Of a stretch of 64,000 bases of DNA, positions 62,676-64,000 are shown one piece after another. The translations under genes and the position numbers were made by a program. Position 1 is the stretch's first letter. Each line of letters starts with the position of its first letter. The stretch is from the IMG/VR virus record IMGVR_UViG_3300010429_001449, one strand, 5' to 3'. The notes below the pieces were generated by a model. That model did not search any database, was not told where the DNA came from, and saw nothing but the letters and a program-made list of their open reading frames with translations. This stretch comes from a virus. Taxonomy: Duplodnaviria; Caudoviricetes.

Positions 62676-63383
62676 TCAGACGGAATATGAGGGCGAGACG
62701 GAGTCGCTGATCCAATCCAGCGGTTCGGAGAGCAGGAATACTCGGAAGAACTCATCGTAATAGATTTGCGCGAAGCGTTCATCGTCTATGAACAGGATGT
62801 TTTCCAACGAGCGGCGACTGGTAGCGGTAATGTTGAACGAGCCGGTCAGGAGTGCCTTTGGAACAAGGGTACCTTTAACGTAATCAAGAAAGACGAGAAA
62901 CTTGTGGTGCATTCGCGGGCCGAAACGGTCTTCGCTAGGCGAGGCGGCTCCGACACAACGAATCGAGGCGGGTCCGGCTGCGCCAGGCAGGGCCTTTAGA
63001 GCACGCATACCGGGAAGCCGACCGAGACGGGGATTTGGTTGAGCCAGTTTGCCGTAACGACGGCGCAACTCGGACGCCCAGTTCGAGTCAGCACCGTCGG
63101 GGCGAAGGAAGTCTTCCTTATTAATGACGATTGAGACAACATCGAGAGAGGCCAACGTCTCTAGGATAGGAATATCCGTCAACCACGCCACGCACCCCGC
63201 GACGGCGGGATAACTCTCAAGCAAAATCTCAATGCAGTTGCCGATGTTCTCGAAACAGGCCGCCCCTACGCCGATATTGGACTGGAATAGCATCTGCTCC
63301 CGCGCTTTTTGAAACAGAGACGCATTACCGGCGTGTCGCCGCAAAAGCTCGTTCAGATCAACAGGCTCGGAAGGGAAAGACAT
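62676..63383 (-). CDS. Phospholipase D-family (HKD) nuclease-like protein
   Basis: MHHKFLVFLD...TGSFNIT......EN. Confidence 0.85.
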   Translation of the reverse strand: MSFPSEPVDLNELLRRHAGNASLFQKAREQMLFQSNIGVGAACFENIGNCIEILLESYPAVAGCVAWLTDIPILETLASLDVVSIVINKEDFLRPDGADSNWASELRRRYGKLAQPNPRLGRLPGMRALKALPGAAGPASIRCVGAASPSEDRFGPRMHHKFLVFLDYVKGTLVPKALLTGSFNITATSRRSLENILFIDDERFAQIYYDEFFRVFLLSEPLDWISDSVSPSYSV

Positions 63384-63384
63384 C

Positions 63385-63630
63385 TTAATCCGATCCGGCA
63401 GACAATGCCTTGCCCGCCCAGTCTACACGAGACGAACGCTTAGGAGAAACAGCCTCGAAGAATTCGCTCGACGCAACATCAGACGCAACCAAGTTGCCTT
63501 TATCATCAAAACGCACGCGGCGTACTTTGCGATCAGGACGAACGCGAGAAACAACAGACGCCAGTTTCCTTTCGACGATAGCCAAGTCGCTAAAATCCGT
63601 CGGTTGAAATCCCTTTCGTCGTTCCGTCAT
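63385..63630 (-). CDS. Hypothetical protein
   Basis: Coupled ORF. Confidence 0.5.
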   Translation of the reverse strand: MTERRKGFQPTDFSDLAIVERKLASVVSRVRPDRKVRRVRFDDKGNLVASDVASSEFFEAVSPKRSSRVDWAGKALSAGSD

Positions 63631-64000
63631 CGCTTACTCCGTTTCTCTTTATAAGAGTCAAAAACATCTTTGCTGTCGCCGGAAAGATCGAACGTCCCGA
63701 ACCAACGCGCCCCCAACATGGCCGCCTTCCCAAAACGCCTGTATTTCACGGCGTCTTCCAAAACATCGTCCGACATGTTTCGCTTTTTTTTGAAAACGTC
63801 GCGTATAACACCGTCAAATTCAGGAGGCAGGTCGAAACAGAATGTGGCGTGATCAAACGCCGTGATTCCGACGCTAGAGTCATACTTGTAAGAGTCAAGC
63901 AATTCCTCGTGACGATCATCATCAATAAGACCGGCGCGAAGCGCTTTGTCTAAAACCGTCTCGAACATCTCGGTAATTCTGTACTCGTTGTCTTCGCGGT
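63627..64000 (-). CDS. Hypothetical protein (probably extends beyond the window)
   Basis: Frame appears open to the window edge; ORF track gives 63627-63968. Confidence 0.5.
   Translation of the reverse strand, partial: REDNEYRITEMFETVLDKALRAGLIDDDRHEELLDSYKYDSSVGITAFDHATFCFDLPPEFDGVIRDVFKKKRNMSDDVLEDAVKYRRFGKAAMLGARWFGTFDLSGDSKDVFDSYKEKRSKR

Noticed and set aside
1-64000. Alternative genetic code or suppressor tRNAs as in some jumbo phages
   Set aside because: Known enzymes translate full length in code 11, ending in TAA, TAG and TGA, and no CTA/TTA/TCA anticodon tRNA was seen.

Overview
This 64-kb window reads as the non-structural, host-takeover arm of a large (jumbo-type) bacteriophage genome. 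It is densely packed, essentially all genes lie on the minus strand, and about 20 near-identical sigma70-like promoters (TTGACA-N16-TATACT/TATAAT, usually with an extended -10 TG) drive them. No capsid, terminase or rRNA genes are seen. It carries 15 conventional tRNA genes, a tmRNA (tag ADNIVQFPSREAVGLAA), a Pth2-like hydrolase and a CCA-adding enzyme. Other recognisable genes are pyrE/pyrF, pncA/pncB, three methyltransferases, an intein-split ParB-like protein, a vWA/PP2C/kinase (TerY-P-like) set, macrodomains, HNH and PLD nucleases and two TnpB elements. The most striking feature is a Ro60/TROVE gene (13532-15304) followed by a separately promoted, boxA-containing operon of eight Y-RNA-like genes (11969-13142), with two more in a tRNA-Pro cluster. 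All ten share a GNYGAATGC...TACAT...TCGTCRNC stem. In several, this stem is joined to a tRNA scaffold at a different position (acceptor stem, anticodon loop, D arm or variable loop), and some keep an anticodon arm or an internal CCA. Several other unassigned structured RNAs and systematic C33 and T-loop substitutions in the tRNAs suggest an RNA-centred counter-defence or repair system. All calls come from reading motifs by eye; no database searches were run.
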